From: Okamejei kenojei
Lineage: Eukaryota
Length of the DNA stretch: 64,000 nt
Direction of reading: 5' to 3'
Assembly: GCA_035221665.1 (NCBI GenBank)
Contig: CM069133.1
Location: forward strand, 126,604,001 to 126,668,000
The notes under the pieces: generated by a model
What the model was told of the DNA's origin: nothing
The model's input: the letters and a program-made list of their open reading frames with translations, nothing else
Database searches by the model: none
In this document: positions 51,670 through 64,000 of the stretch, one piece after another
Layout: every line of letters starts with the position of its first letter
How positions within the stretch are numbered: position 1 is the stretch's first letter
Position numbers and translations under genes: made by a program

Positions 51670-52975
51670 TGACTCAGCTGGCCCGCAGCATCATGGATAG
51701 ACCAGAACATGGATAGGTGATGGGTTTTGTGTCGGAATTCTTCATTAGACTAATTGTAGTGGGAGGGAAGAAAGCAGGAAGATAAGAGAGACAGGACAAA
51801 TTGTGGCCGGTAATAGGTGGACATTGGCGAGGAGGGGTTTGATAAGCAGATGGTTGGAACAAAAGCCAGAGGTAAAAGTAGAAGATGTGAAACAGGATTG
51901 AAGAGTTGCTCATTGCGAAGCCATAGGAAGGAATGTGGAAGGAGGAGGGGGGGAGAAATAGATGGGTGTTCAGGTGGGGCACAATGGAAGTCGGGGTGAA
52001 ATGAGGGGGGAAGGGGTACGGGGGAGAAAAGAAACACGGGGCACAAAAGGACACAAAGTACTGGAGGATCTCAGCGGGTCAATAGACAATAGACAATAGG
52101 TGCAGCAGTAGGCTATTGGGCCTTTCAAGCCAGCACCGCCATTCAATGTGATCATGGCTGATCATCCCCAATCAGTACCCCGTTCCTGCTTCTTCCCATA
52201 TCCCCTGATATCTTTAAGAGCCCTATCTAGCTCTCTCTTGAAAGTATCCAGAGAATCGGCCTCCACCGCCCTCTGAGGCAGAGAATTCCACAGACTCTCA
52301 ACTCTCTGTGTGAAAAGGTGTTTGCTCGTCTCCATTCCAAATGGCTAACCCCTTATTCACAGGCAGCATTTTTGGTGAACACAGATGGGCAATGTTTTGG
52401 GTCAGGAGTCTTCTTCAGACTGATTGTAGGGTGAGGGAAGAAAGCTGGAAGAGAGGACAGGCAGGGCAAAGTGTGAAGGAGATAACTGCAGATGCTGGTT
52501 TAAATCATAGGAAGACATAAAATGCTGGAGTAACTCAGCGGGACAGGCAGCATCACTGGAGAGGAGGAATGGGTGAAGTTTACCTTCTTCGAGACCCTTC
52601 TTCAGACTGAATGTGGCAGGTAAGAGGTGGACACAGGCAAGGAGGGGGGTTGACAGGCAGATGGAACAAAGGGCAGAGATAAAAGAAGAAAGTGTGAGGC
52701 AGGGTTGAAGAGCTGCAGTCCCTTGTTTCTACCTCATTACATTCTTGTTAGGAGGCTGATGAGAGTACATTGAGACAGAAGAAACTGTAGATGCTGGAAT
52801 CATGTGCAAAATACAGTGCTGGAGAAACTCAGCATGTCAGGCAGCATCTGTGGGGGGGAAATGGACAAAAGACATTTCAGTTTTGGAGCTTAGACTGAAG
52901 GATCCCGATCCATAACTCGTCTGTCCATTCCCTCCACAGTTTCTGCTTGGCCCGATGAGTCCCTCCAGAACTTTT
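51670..52975 (-). mobile_element. Cluster of Penelope terminal repeats with a CR1 3' end inserted at 52081-52360
   Basis: Repeated gctggagtaactcagcggg / cttcttcagactg motifs; CR1 tail begins with (caataga)n on the + strand. Confidence 0.65.
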
Positions 52976-53779
52976 GATGGGAGTTTGAAACAATATGACA
53001 CTGATAGCACTGTGTCACATTGTTGTTGGCAGCTGGAAGTAGTTGATGTGTTACTGTCCTTCACCATGCATGTGATATTCTTGATCAATTTGTGGCACCA
53101 GTTTTCATGGGTTCTTCATTGTTGTCGCTGACCTCTTTAGCCAGCTTCAGGGATAGCATTTCAGTTCAGTTCTGGTTGCATTTCTGGGCGCCTGGCAAGG
53201 AAACCTCTCTCTTTCACTCCAATATATCCACAAAGAAAATCCTAGTGCCTGATTTCCATCCTGCTCTGAGATGGAGCAATCTTCACAAAGTTTATTAATG
53301 ATTTCCTGCAGTTAATGGAGGCAATCAACCAATGAAAATGCTCCCGTGAATAATCTCCAATGCAAAAAGCAGCATGTTCAATGTTACCTTGGCACTGAAA
53401 TCATATAATGAGGTTAAAATTGTTCGTAAGTGAGCTGCTCTGGGTCAAACTGCTGTGAGTGCAATGCCAGCAGTATTCATATTACAGTATACTTTTTTTT
53501 TGCATGGCAATGTTGATCACAAAGTACCCCTTTTGTGACACCAAGCTTTGTAAAGGGCAGTTGCGACTGGGGAATTAGCCTGAATATGGGCAATATTTTG
53601 CTTTGTACAAATGATTTGAGAGCATTAGCAACATTACACAATAATAAAAAAATTAAGATTTAAAATAGGTATAAATTGAACTTGGCACCACCAGTCGACC
53701 TGACTTCCTTTTCTAGCTAAGCCCAACAGTCAATTATTACTAATTCTGACAGCAGATGAGGAACATAGATTAGATGACA

Positions 53780-53882
53780 GAAACATAGAAAATAGGTGCA
53801 GGAGTAGGCCATTCGGCCCTTCGAGCCTGCACCGCCATTCAATATGATCATGGCTGATCATCCAACTCAGTATCCTGTACCT
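53780..53882 (-). mobile_element. CR1 (HER1-like) 3' tail
   Basis: Same sequence as 16424-16533. Confidence 0.8.
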
Positions 53883-54897
53883 AGCGCTTTCTGCCCCTTA
53901 GAGTTTCGCAGCTCTACCCATATCGATTCCACATCCTCCAAGCTAATGTCCTTCCTTTCTATTGCATTAATCTCCTCTCTCACCCCACCTCCTTTTCCTT
54001 TCTGTCTATCCCTCCTGAATATTGAATATCGCTGGATGTTCAGCTCCCAGCCTTGAAATGATCAGGCAGACAAAATTGCTGAAGATTAGCTGCTATTGAA
54101 GAAAATGCATCATTATTCATATAATTGATCATTGATATTATATGCCATGACTTTTGCTGATGACATTTCCATTAACAACTTGATTTACAGTTCTCTCTTC
54201 AAAAGGGTCATCATTATCATTGAAAACATTAGCGACGCAGTGGTGCTGGTTTCCAACGGGAACGGTGACAGACGCTCAACACATCTCTGTCTTCCAGTTT
54301 CTGGAAGTATAGGATTTTGGTGTGTGTGCTTTATCATCATTCCTTACAATGCTATGTACGACAGTGATCGCGACTTCTACTGAAGTGTGGATGGCCGTTG
54401 GCTCGCTAGAAGCTTATCCGCCCTTTGACAGGTCTTGTTTTTGGTCCTGCTTGGGTCCTCAGCCCCCTCCTCACCTGGCAAACTAATTGGGGGAGACGGT
54501 TTAGTCGCCGACTATCCGACCATGGAGCTGGTAGCACGGGATTACATGGTACCTGTGGCGGGGGGGAACTCCCCCCAATCTGACAGCTAAAGGAAGATGG
54601 GTAGAATATTTCCACAAGGGATTGTAAGCTGGCACAATCTTTGTACTATTAAGAAGATGACACAATCAATACAAATGCATTCAATGTTAGTGAAAGGACC
54701 AAACCAGTAAGAAATTGAAGTGGCTTTCAATTCTGAAGTATTGACTTATTCTTTTAAATATATTCCAGTCTTTGTGAGCACTGGTAACACTTACTTGCTG
54801 TGTAGCATAATAGTAACTGCAGCCTCTATCCTAAGACATAATAGAAACATTTATTTTATCCAGAGAAACTGGTATATTCTAATGACTTGTAGAATAT

Positions 54898-55285
54898 CAT
54901 AGAAACATAGAAAATAGGTGCAGGAGTAGGCCATTTGGCCCTTCAAGCCTGCACCGCCATTCAATATGATCATGGCTGATCATCCAACTCAGTATCCTGT
55001 ACCTGCCCTCTCTCCATACCCCCTGATCCCCTTAGCCACAAGGGCCACATCCAACGCCCTCTTAAATATAGCCAATGAACTGGCCTCAACTACCTTCTGT
55101 GGCAGAGAATTCCAGAGATTCACCACTCTGTGTGAAAAATGTTTTTCTCGTCTCGGTCCTAAAAGACTTCCCCCTTATCTTTTAACTGTGACCCCTTGTT
55201 CTGGACTTCCCCAACATCGGGAATAATCTTCCTGCATCCAGCCTGTCCAACCCCTTAAGAAGTTTGTAAGTTTCTATAAGATCCT
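54898..55285 (-). mobile_element. CR1 (HER1-like) 3' end
   Basis: DLIETYKLLKGLDRLDAGRLFPMLGKSRTRGHS plus tail. Confidence 0.85.
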
Positions 55286-57169
55286 TGTGTAGATCTATAC
55301 GATCATGTTGTACAATACTATGCTTGCATCTTTTTCTTGATACTGTATACCATTTTATTTGTGAAAACAAATAACACATGAAGTTGAAAATGGGAAGTGC
55401 TGTAAACCCTCAGCACTCAGACATAACCTGTGGAAAGAGAAAGAGTTAATGTTTCAGTTCTGGGACCGTTTGTCACTTAAACGTCCTTGCCAGACTCCCC
55501 GTGGTATACCTGGTTTCTTCTTTTCCCCAAACGTGGTTAGACAGGTTCAGCCACCTGGCCTCTGGGTTCCAGAATTGCTCTTTTAATACCCACCTTAAAG
55601 TTCATCTTAATGAACAAGCTTTAAGACAGTCTAATTAATGTCTTGGTGTTACCTTGTTTATGATTACACTTCTGAAGCAAGCAGGCTTGTCTCGCTTTAT
55701 TAAAGTGATCTCACAATGTTTCCTTTTGCCTATATTAATAAACATGTATTTGAGGTTGTAAACTTTTGTTGCAATGTTATTTTACATATTGATTTATTAA
55801 CTGTTCAATTTAATGTGTTCATTTGCATAGAGTATCAATTTGGCATTATGAAGCATCTGTTTGCTAGAGAAACCCACTCAATTATTTCTGCAACATCAAT
55901 GGAAATGTGTTTTCCACAATGGATGACAAATGTATCACACACATCAGGTTGCAGGTTGAATTAATGGCATCTATACTGTTTATGATGAAAGAAAACCAAT
56001 AATTATTCTAAACAAACTTATTCAATTTCAGAATATTTAAAGGCAAAGATGAAACTGTATTGAACACTTGGTGTCACTGTTGGACCAATGCATGATTATG
56101 AGAGCAGTAAAATTGAGACACAAGAAACTGCAGATGCTGGAATCTTGGGCAAAAAGACTAAATACTAAGGGAAAATTACAGGTTAGATAACATGTGTGGA
56201 GGGAATAGGCAGATGACATTTCAGGTCAGGATCCTGACCTGAAACGTTGTCTGTCCATTCCCTCTACAGTTGCTACTTAACCGGCTGAGTTTTTACAGCA
56301 CTAAGATTATGTGGGCTGCATTTCACAATGGGGTGGGAAGATTATACATTGTAAAAATAATTATAAATGGATCATACTATGTGTATATGATGCACGTAAC
56401 AGAGGAAAAGAAAACAAGAAATGTACCCAGAAATAACTTTAAGGGACATGGAACTATAGACAGAATAGAGAGTAAATGCAATTGCAACAGACTGTTAACA
56501 GGGAGAGCAAGCAAAACAAGAGAGATAAAACAAAGAGGGATGGGACAATATGTGGAAGTGAAGGTAATGGTGTGTCAAAGAGACCAAAGAGCCAAGGGAT
56601 ATGTGTAACCTGTGTACATTTTCTGAAAGTTTCTCTGCAGTTTCAGAGTCCTCTTACATGAGCTTTGAACAGGCCTTAAAATATTATATGTAATCAATAC
56701 AAATCTATAAAGGGGAGGAGCAAATCAATGCCTTGTTTTAATGGCTACCGCATTTCAATATATCAGATGTCTGCTCAAAAAGAGAGATGGCATGAAAGAT
56801 GAAATAAATCTTATCCTGTGGCATCTGCTAGAACATTATATTATTTTTTTTTACCATTTCTTAATGTGCTATCAAGATATCGCTGCGTTGAATTATGATT
56901 TTGCTCCTTATAACGTTCAGTACTACTTTGGCTTTAATCATGAGCACAGTATGAATTAATAAACTAACTTAATTTACCATCTGCTGTTTAATTAATTTGA
57001 CAGAGATTTCCTTACTTGATAATCTGAATTATTCAATTTTAAACTATCTTTACATAACTGCGTTATGAATCTATTGTATGTTGGATCTCATGGCATTTAA
57101 CACCTGGATAGTGTCAAGTCATGTTTACAAAGATAGCCTCAAAATGGTTCACCATTTAACCATTTTATA

Positions 57170-57470
57170 ACATTGTGAGAGGCATAGATAGGGTAGACAG
57201 TCTGATACTTTTTCACAGGGTGCAATGTCAAATACTATAGGGCATAGTTTTAAGATGAAAAGGGGAAATTTAAAGAGATATGCAGGGCAAATTTTCGCAC
57301 AGAGGGTAGTGGGTGCCTGGAATGTGCTGCCAAAGTTGGTGGTGGCAGCAGATGCAAGAGTGGCATTTAAAATTGGGACTGGAGAGATTTGTTTAAACTG
57401 ACATCATGTTCAGCACAGACTTTGTAGGCCAAAGGGCCTGTACCTGTGCTTTACTGTTCTGTGTTCCTTG
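57170..57470 (+). mobile_element. CR1 LINE 3' end
   Basis: RGIDRVD...QRVVGAWNVLP plus tail ggccaaagggcctgtacctgtgct. Confidence 0.65.
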
Positions 57471-58139
57471 TTTAATCAATGATCTTAATGTCCAGACTCA
57501 AATCAAGTGAGACTTTATGCCTGAGGTTATTATTAATTTCGAACTAGAGAAACTAAAATATTCTAAACATTTCAAGAGAGCTTTTAATCAGAAAAGTACA
57601 ATCATTTTTGTGAAATGGATTTAAATTATTTTTCTCAAAATTAGTCCACTTCACAGCTACAAACATTCATTATTGGTTGCAACAGTTTTTCTGCTTGGCA
57701 AGTATCTGAAGATCATGTTAATAATGTTGCTAAACATTAATAACATTAATTAAGAGTCTGAAAAAGGGTCTAGACCCGAAACATCACCCATTCCTTCCCT
57801 CCAAAGATGCTGCCTCACCCGCTGAGTTACTCCAGCATTTTGTGTCTACCTTCAATGTTTCCTGGTGAGCCAGATTCTTTTCAACATTACTCTCTGTGCA
57901 TCTGTGAAGCACAAAGATTTTGGAAGCAATTAAATAGATTTGGCATTTTGAATTCTGTTCTTGGTTCTTGGTTTCTTGGTCCTCCAAAATATTCCAAATG
58001 GAATTTAAACTTGAGGTGGTGGAGGGAGGACTTAAGCCAGAAAGGGTTTTTGGGAAGAAAGAGCAACCTTAAATGTAGTTCCATCTGGTTGGGTAACTCT
58101 GGTAGGGTGAAGAACTAATTGCTGTACACAACTGTCTTG

Positions 58140-59280
58140 TTAGCTGGAATCTCAAATTGGATCGAATGCCCTCCTCTGCTCATGTGAGTCTCAGCTTATC
58201 CTGACGACAAATGCTTGGTTTGGGTTTGGTGTAGGTTTGTAATCTATGTCGTGCTGACCATTTAACATTTTGTATAAACAGGTCAAACGGTGTGCCTCAC
58301 GTCTGTCCTGGGGAGGATTCCACCCCAGTGAATTCAGAAGTTTGGTAACACTCGTTTCTCTCTCATCGGTGTTAGTAACAAATCGAGCGGCCTGTATTTG
58401 GACACGTTCGATGGAAGAAATATTTTTATTTGTGTATGGGTCCCATGCTGCAACTGCGTAGTCCAAATGAGGTCTAACGAGTGTGAAGTATAGCTTCTCC
58501 TTGACAGAAGTTGAACAATGATGAAAGTTGCGCCTCAGAAAATTTAGGACACCTGTTGCTTTCACCGTTGCATGATGAGTCTGACCATTCCAAGGCAGAT
58601 CATTCTGCAATTTGATGCCAAGATACTTGGTTTTGTTTGGATTCTTCAAGGGTGGCACCAAGATATTGTAAGATGTTTCGCCTGGATTCCTCTTTCTGAT
58701 GGCACGCATGGTTTCACATTTGGAAGGGTTGAACTACATGCCCCATTGTTGTGACCACTCAACCATTGTATCGAGATCCTTTTGGAGAGCATCTTCATCA
58801 TCAGCTGACTTAATTGGACGGTATAGCAAACAATCATCAGCGAATAGTCTGGTCTTACTTGCGACTTTTTCATCTATGTCATTTATGTAAACCAAAAACA
58901 GATGTGGGCCAAGTACTGTGCCCTGAGGTGTGCCACTCAACACTGGACGCCATTTGGAGCTCTTTCCGTTCACAAACACGCGCTGAAGACGTTTTGTCAG
59001 GAAACTGGAAATCCATCGTTTCATGTTGGAACGAATACCATAGAAGTCAAGCTTCCGAAGCAGTCTCTGGTGTGGGATGACATCAAATGCTTTAGAAAAG
59101 TCCAGGACTACTAATTCCGTGATGATGTTACCATCAAGGTGCTTGGCCAGGTCATTTGTGGTCAGGATAAGCTGAGGCTCACATGATCTATGCCTCCTAA
59201 ATGCATGTTGGTTGTCAGCAAGAATGTTATGTTTGCTCACGTGTCGCATCAGATAACTATCAATTAAATGCTCCAGCATT
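58140..59280 (-). mobile_element. CR1-group LINE RT fragment of a lineage distinct from the resident CR1s
   Basis: ORFs 58734-59279 and 58191-58709 share one frame, separated by a single stop: LDFSKAFDVIPHQRLL, SGTPQGTVLGPHLFLVYIND, RLFADDCLLYRPI, LYFTLVRPHLDYAVAAWDPY. Confidence 0.85.
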
Positions 59281-60217
59281 CGTTATTTTTCACTGTTCAT
59301 ATGCATTCATGGAAAGACAAAAATACACAAAAATCTATGTCTGTTGAAATAAAAAAAACTTGGAAAAAACATGATCAGTGAAAAGGTCTGACATTACTAT
59401 CACCTATTATGTTAAATGTTAGCTGCTCAAACACACATTGTTTTATACTGGCTGAAGGATTTTTCTTGGAAACATGCCATAATGCTGTCAAGACTTCTGG
59501 GATTAGCTTCTACATTGAGTTGCAAACTAATAAACAGTAATTTAGTATCAAGCTGATTGCTTGTAAATTTAGCTTAATAGACTATGAGGGAAACAATCAC
59601 TCCAGCTTTATATAGTAGCGGGAAATTGTGCTCTGCTCAAGGAAGGCTTATATTGTCTAACAATGAAAAAACTGTAAGCTTCCCTGCCACAATGGCAATT
59701 CAATTTCTTCCTCACATTCCCTAATTCCCATTCAGTTTCTAACCTGTCATTTAATACATTCAAACATTTATTTCCAAGCATCCTTGACTCAAAATTTGAT
59801 ACAAATTCAGAATAGAGCAAACTCTGCAGGAAAATAAGTGAAAATGTATGGAAATACTCAGACAGAATCTGTGAAGTGAGAAACCGAGTTAACATTTCAT
59901 GTTAATAATCTTCCTTTGGCACAGGGAAATGTTAGAAGTTGACAAGATATGGAAAAATTGGGAAAGGGAGAATTGATTAAGAAGAAAGGCCTCTGATGCA
60001 ATGAATGCAGGAAGGGATGATAGTGAAAAGCAAAAGCTGTTGGCAATACCACTGCCTTCAATATGTTTTCCCTTCTCCACAACAAGGGATACCGGTTTAA
60101 TGTTGCCAACAGGTCCTTTGATCCTGTATGCTAATTTACATAGAAACATAGAAAATAGGTGCAGGAGGAGGCCATTTGGCCCTTCGAGCCATCGCCGCCA
60201 TTCTTGTGATCATGGCT

Positions 60218-60356
60218 TCTTCTTCTTCTTTCGTGTGGCGTGCACAGCCTAAAGTTGTTGGACAACTTGTTCTATTTGATCTTCCGTTTGTGCACGTCGA
60301 GTTGATCGCATTAGTCGAAACAGGGCGGCCACGCGAAGGTTGCAATCTTCCACCCC
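60218..60356 (-). mobile_element. 139-bp non-autonomous retroposon (Vingi/Ingi- or RTE-like end) with (GAA)n tail
   Basis: 12-bp TSD GTGATCATGGCT at 60206-60217 and 60357-60368; minus strand ends cgccacacgaaagaagaagaaga. Confidence 0.85.
60304..60356 (-). ncRNA. Candidate minimal HDV/CPEB3-like self-cleaving ribozyme
   Basis: GGGGTGG-AA-GATTGCA-ACC-TTCGCGT-GG-CCGCCCT-G-TTTCGA-CTAA-TGCGATC: 7-bp P1 with G1-U wobble, 7-bp P2, L3 one base from CPEB3 UUCACGU, J4/2 CTAA; P3 lacks one base. Confidence 0.7.
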
Positions 60357-61234
60357 GTGATCATGGCTGATCGTCCGCTATCAATAACCCGTGCCTGCCT
60401 TCTCCCCATATCCCTTGACTCCACTAGCCCCTAGAGCTCTATCCAACTCAATTTCAACTCGATCCAACTAATTTCTTGCATATCTGTGCTTAACCTTTCA
60501 CCCACACCCCTTCCCTTCCCTCCATCACTCATCTAAGAATTGTGATAGGGTTCTCCATTGTGCTGCTGCCTCCTTCCTATTCCTCTATATTTCAGCCTTC
60601 TCAATAGATTATTTTCTTCCGGAAGCTCGGGTCTACTCTTCCACTTCCATCAATAACTGCCCGATTTTCCACGGGAATTTTTTTGGTAAACTCTGAAGAA
60701 GCATCTCTTGTGTTTAACTTGCACCCTTCAAGGGCCCACATGCCCTTTCAGGATGGAACAGTATTTTTTAAAAGACATTTTCAAGTACTGTATTAATTTC
60801 CCTCCACTCAGTCTGCAACAATGATCCTGTTGGCACTCTCCCAGTATATCCAACTCTTCTTCCTTTGACCTTCTAATCAAGCTTAAGGAATGTTTTCCTA
60901 CTCTTCTAATATCTCACTTTATAGTTTTGTGGATGGTATTAATTTTGTCAATTTAATATACCGAGGATTGCCACGACTTTTTGTTTTTGTTACAGATTTC
61001 TATCTTCCACAATAATTCTTTTTTAATTTCAGATAATAATCTTATTGTCTAATTTCAGCTAATTATTCTTATATTCTCTTTTACATCTCCTTTAGATTGA
61101 CATCTTGTTATTTTTTGATTGTCCCATTGTCACCCACCCGCTCCTCCCCATTCATTTTAACTTAGCACTGTCAATCCTTTCTTCACATATTATCTCCTGA
61201 AATCCAGTAGATCCTAGGTATATGCAATTAGAGT

Positions 61235-62135
61235 CAAGGAGTCATAGAGTGATACAGTGTGTAAATAGGCCCTTCGGCCCAATTTGCCCACACCGGCCAA
61301 CAATGTCCCAGCTACACTAGTTCCACTTGCCTGTGATTGGTCCTAACCTGTCCTATCCATGTATCTGTCTAACTGTTTCTTAAATGATGGGATAGTCCCA
61401 GCCTCAACTACCTCCTCTGGCAGCTTGTTCCATACACCCACCACCCTTTGTGTGAAAAAATTACCCGTCGGATTCCTATTAAATCTTTTCCCCTTCACCT
61501 TGAACCGATGTCCTCTGGTCCTTGATTCCCCCACTCTGGGCAAAAGACTCCGTGCATCTACACAATCTATTCCTCTCATGATTTTGTATACCTCTATAAT
61601 ATCTCCCTTCATCCTCCTGCGCTACATGGAATAGAGACCCAGCCTACTCAACCTCTCCCAATAGCTCAAACCCCCTAGTCCTGGCAACATCCTCGTAAAT
61701 CTTCTCTGAACCCTTTCAAGCTTGACAATATCTTTCCTATAACATGGTGCCCAGAACTAAACACAATATTCTAAATGCGGTCTCACCAACGCCTTATACA
61801 ACTGCAACATGACCTCCCAACTTCTATACTCAATGCTCTGACTGATGAAGGCCAAAATGCCAAAAGCTTTTTTGACCACCTTATTTACCTGCGACTCAAC
61901 CTTTAAGGAACCATGCACCTGCACTCCTAGGTCCCTCTGCTCTACAACACTACCCAGAGGCCTACCATTTACTGTGTAGGTCCCGCTCTTGTTCAACGTC
62001 CAAATATGCAACACCTCACACTTCTCTGAATTAAATTCCATCAACCATTCCTCTGCCCACCTGGCCAAAGGATCCAGATCCTGCTGCAATAGTTCACAAC
62101 CATCTTCACTATCTGCAAAACCACAAACTTTTGCA
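61235..62135 (-). mobile_element. CR1 LINE 3' ~900 bp, well preserved
   Basis: ORFs 61757-62089 and 61343-61612: WLMEFNSEKCEVLH...LYKALVRPHLEYCV...GDIIEVYKIMRGID...FFTQRVVGVWNKLP. Confidence 0.85.
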
Positions 62136-63144
62136 CACTAAATTGCTCCCCCCCCTCCCCTCCCCTCCCCTGACCTTTGGCCTTTTATCTGCATTTTATT
62201 TTTAGCTCCAACTTTTTCCAGGTGGAGGATTATCGGCATGTAATATTAAACTTGCCTCTGGTTCCAGAGATGTTATTTTATTTATTCATTTGTGGGAAGT
62301 ACATTTTAATTTTTCAAAGTCATCATTTATTGTCCATTCCAATTGTTTCCTGAAGCAATGGATGGATGGACATAATGTAAGCATTGTGAGTTTAGAACTA
62401 AATAGGGTTTATTCCAACATCACGTATGTTCACAGTCACCATTACCGAGTCGAGCGTTTATTAGACATTTACTTAATCGTTTGAACTTGGATTTGCTATA
62501 TACTATGATGAGATTCAAATACAAAATGTCCAGATTGGCCTTGCAGACACATGGATATCAGTCCAGTAACTTAACCACTTGGCTGATGTAATCCAAAGTT
62601 ATGACTTGCTGAATGTTTTCAGCACTTTCAATTTTTATTTAAAGCCATGAGCTTGTTTAGTGAGCCAGTTTCTGGTCCCAAGTAGGTAATCTATGCTGTG
62701 AGCAATGACAATGAGTGATTGAAAACTGCAAATGCTGGAAATCTGAAAGAAGAAATTTAAATGTTGAAAATATTCTGCAGTCCAGGCAGTATCTCTGTAG
62801 AAATACTATTAATATTTCAGATGCAGAATAAAATCAAATACTAGGATTTTAGTTGATAGGTTTTGGGAAGTGAAGGGGGTTAGGGAGTTCTGTTGATAAG
62901 AGAGATTGTGGGATTAGATTACAACAATGATACAAATGAGAGAAAAAATGAAGGTTTTACAGTTGGTTTGATTTGTAGAGGGTTGTAAATGGAAAGTTGG
63001 AGAACTAATTGTAATGCAAGATATAACATAACATATCCTGATGGTCCACACGGTCACAGGGAGGTTTTATGTTTTGTGGGGATTGAAGGTTTGGTGGGTT
63101 GGGGATTTGAACCTGGTATTTGGTGAGATGTGATTTCTACCCCC

Positions 63145-64000
63145 TGTGAGCGTGCCAATGGAGGGAGTGTGGGGATAAAGTGGAACAGTATGGTGGGTGA
63201 ATAAGCAAGCCACGCATAATCAAAAGTAGATCTCTATAGTCAAATGCAAATGAAAACAAACAAACACGCGAATGGGGGAAATTACCCGGGGTTCATTATA
63301 ATCAGGGCAACCCCTATACCTTGTGACTATCCCTTTCCCATTTACTCCAGTCATGTGACTCTACCCCGACTGCCCAAAGTTTCGCCTAGTAATGTAACTA
63401 ATCACAGGGTGGTGCCACAGTATCCTCCCCCCCCCCCCAGAACCGCACAATAACCGAAAGCAGATACAGGCATTGCCCCGCCAAATCCACCAACAGAATA
63501 GGGCCCAAGGAATTCTGCGCCCAGCAACGGCTGGGAAAAGCTGCCAGCACGGTAAAGTCCAGTAAACAGGCAGGGCCAAAATGACAGGATCATCATGCGA
63601 ACCCCCATATGTCCGTATGGAGCTGCTCATTGACTGCAGTCTGAGAAGGCCCCGTTTGACTAGAGAACCATGTCCGACCCCCGACGGGGGCAAAACTAAC
63701 CCCCGCGCGCCCATATCAACAGGAAACCTCGTCCCGAGAGTCGATGTTTTCTGCCGACCGCTGCAGTGACTACTGGCGGCCGGCTGGCCCTGACAGGCTG
63801 TGGGACCCCAGCACTGGCGGTAGTAGCACCACTTCCCCTTACCAGGGTCGTTCGGGACAGGCGGCGCAGCTGCACTCCCCATGGACGCAGGGCCTGGTTT
63901 CTGGGCCCTCCAAGGCACCGCCGAGACCCGATCGATCGACCGAGCCACCACCCTGCATTGCTCCGCTCGCTGTCGGGGCTCTGCGAAATCCTCACCAGCG
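63145..64000 (-). mobile_element. Gypsy-derived LTR element, 3' part (gag/protease relic, PPT, 3' LTR), running off the window
   Basis: WCYYRQCWG (gag knuckle relic), RFPVDMGA...VLPPS...SSIRTYG and PLLGAEFL (protease relic), G-rich PPT ~63424-63440, then TGTGGC at 63419; the distal LTR end is uncertain. Confidence 0.7.

Larger units (their letters stand above)
60138..60450 (-). mobile_element. CR1 3' tail interrupted by a 139-bp insertion
   Basis: (catagaaa)n...gtgatcatggct | insert | gtgatcatggctgatcgtcc... Confidence 0.8.

Overview
Repeat-dense vertebrate genomic DNA. The HE1-type V-SINEs and HER1/CR1-type LINE tails point to a cartilaginous fish, most likely a skate or ray (inference). 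There is no prokaryotic content and almost all ORFs in the supplied track are transposon relics or noise. Host gene content is limited to a CpG island at ~32.8-33.1 kb with a minus-strand first coding exon (MAAATAATTGPMNVNNE) and a plausible second exon at 30.3 kb; I could not name the gene. The rest is nested mobile DNA: CR1, Rex1/Babar and RTE LINE fragments, many Penelope-like pieces, V-SINEs, TIR MITEs, a 3.1-kb hAT-like element with a 5-bp TSD, a 1.8-kb non-autonomous LTR element, a degenerate Gypsy, and a DIRS element with complete ITR/ICR termini. The best lead is a 139-bp retroposon at 60218-60356 (minus strand, 12-bp TSD, (GAA)n tail). Its first 53 nt fold by eye into a minimal HDV/CPEB3-like ribozyme whose predicted cleavage site is exactly the 5' end of the insert. 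A second lead is a minimal hammerhead-like motif repeated more than ten times in Penelope termini. All structures were folded by eye; no searches or computations were run, and boundaries of degraded repeats are approximate.
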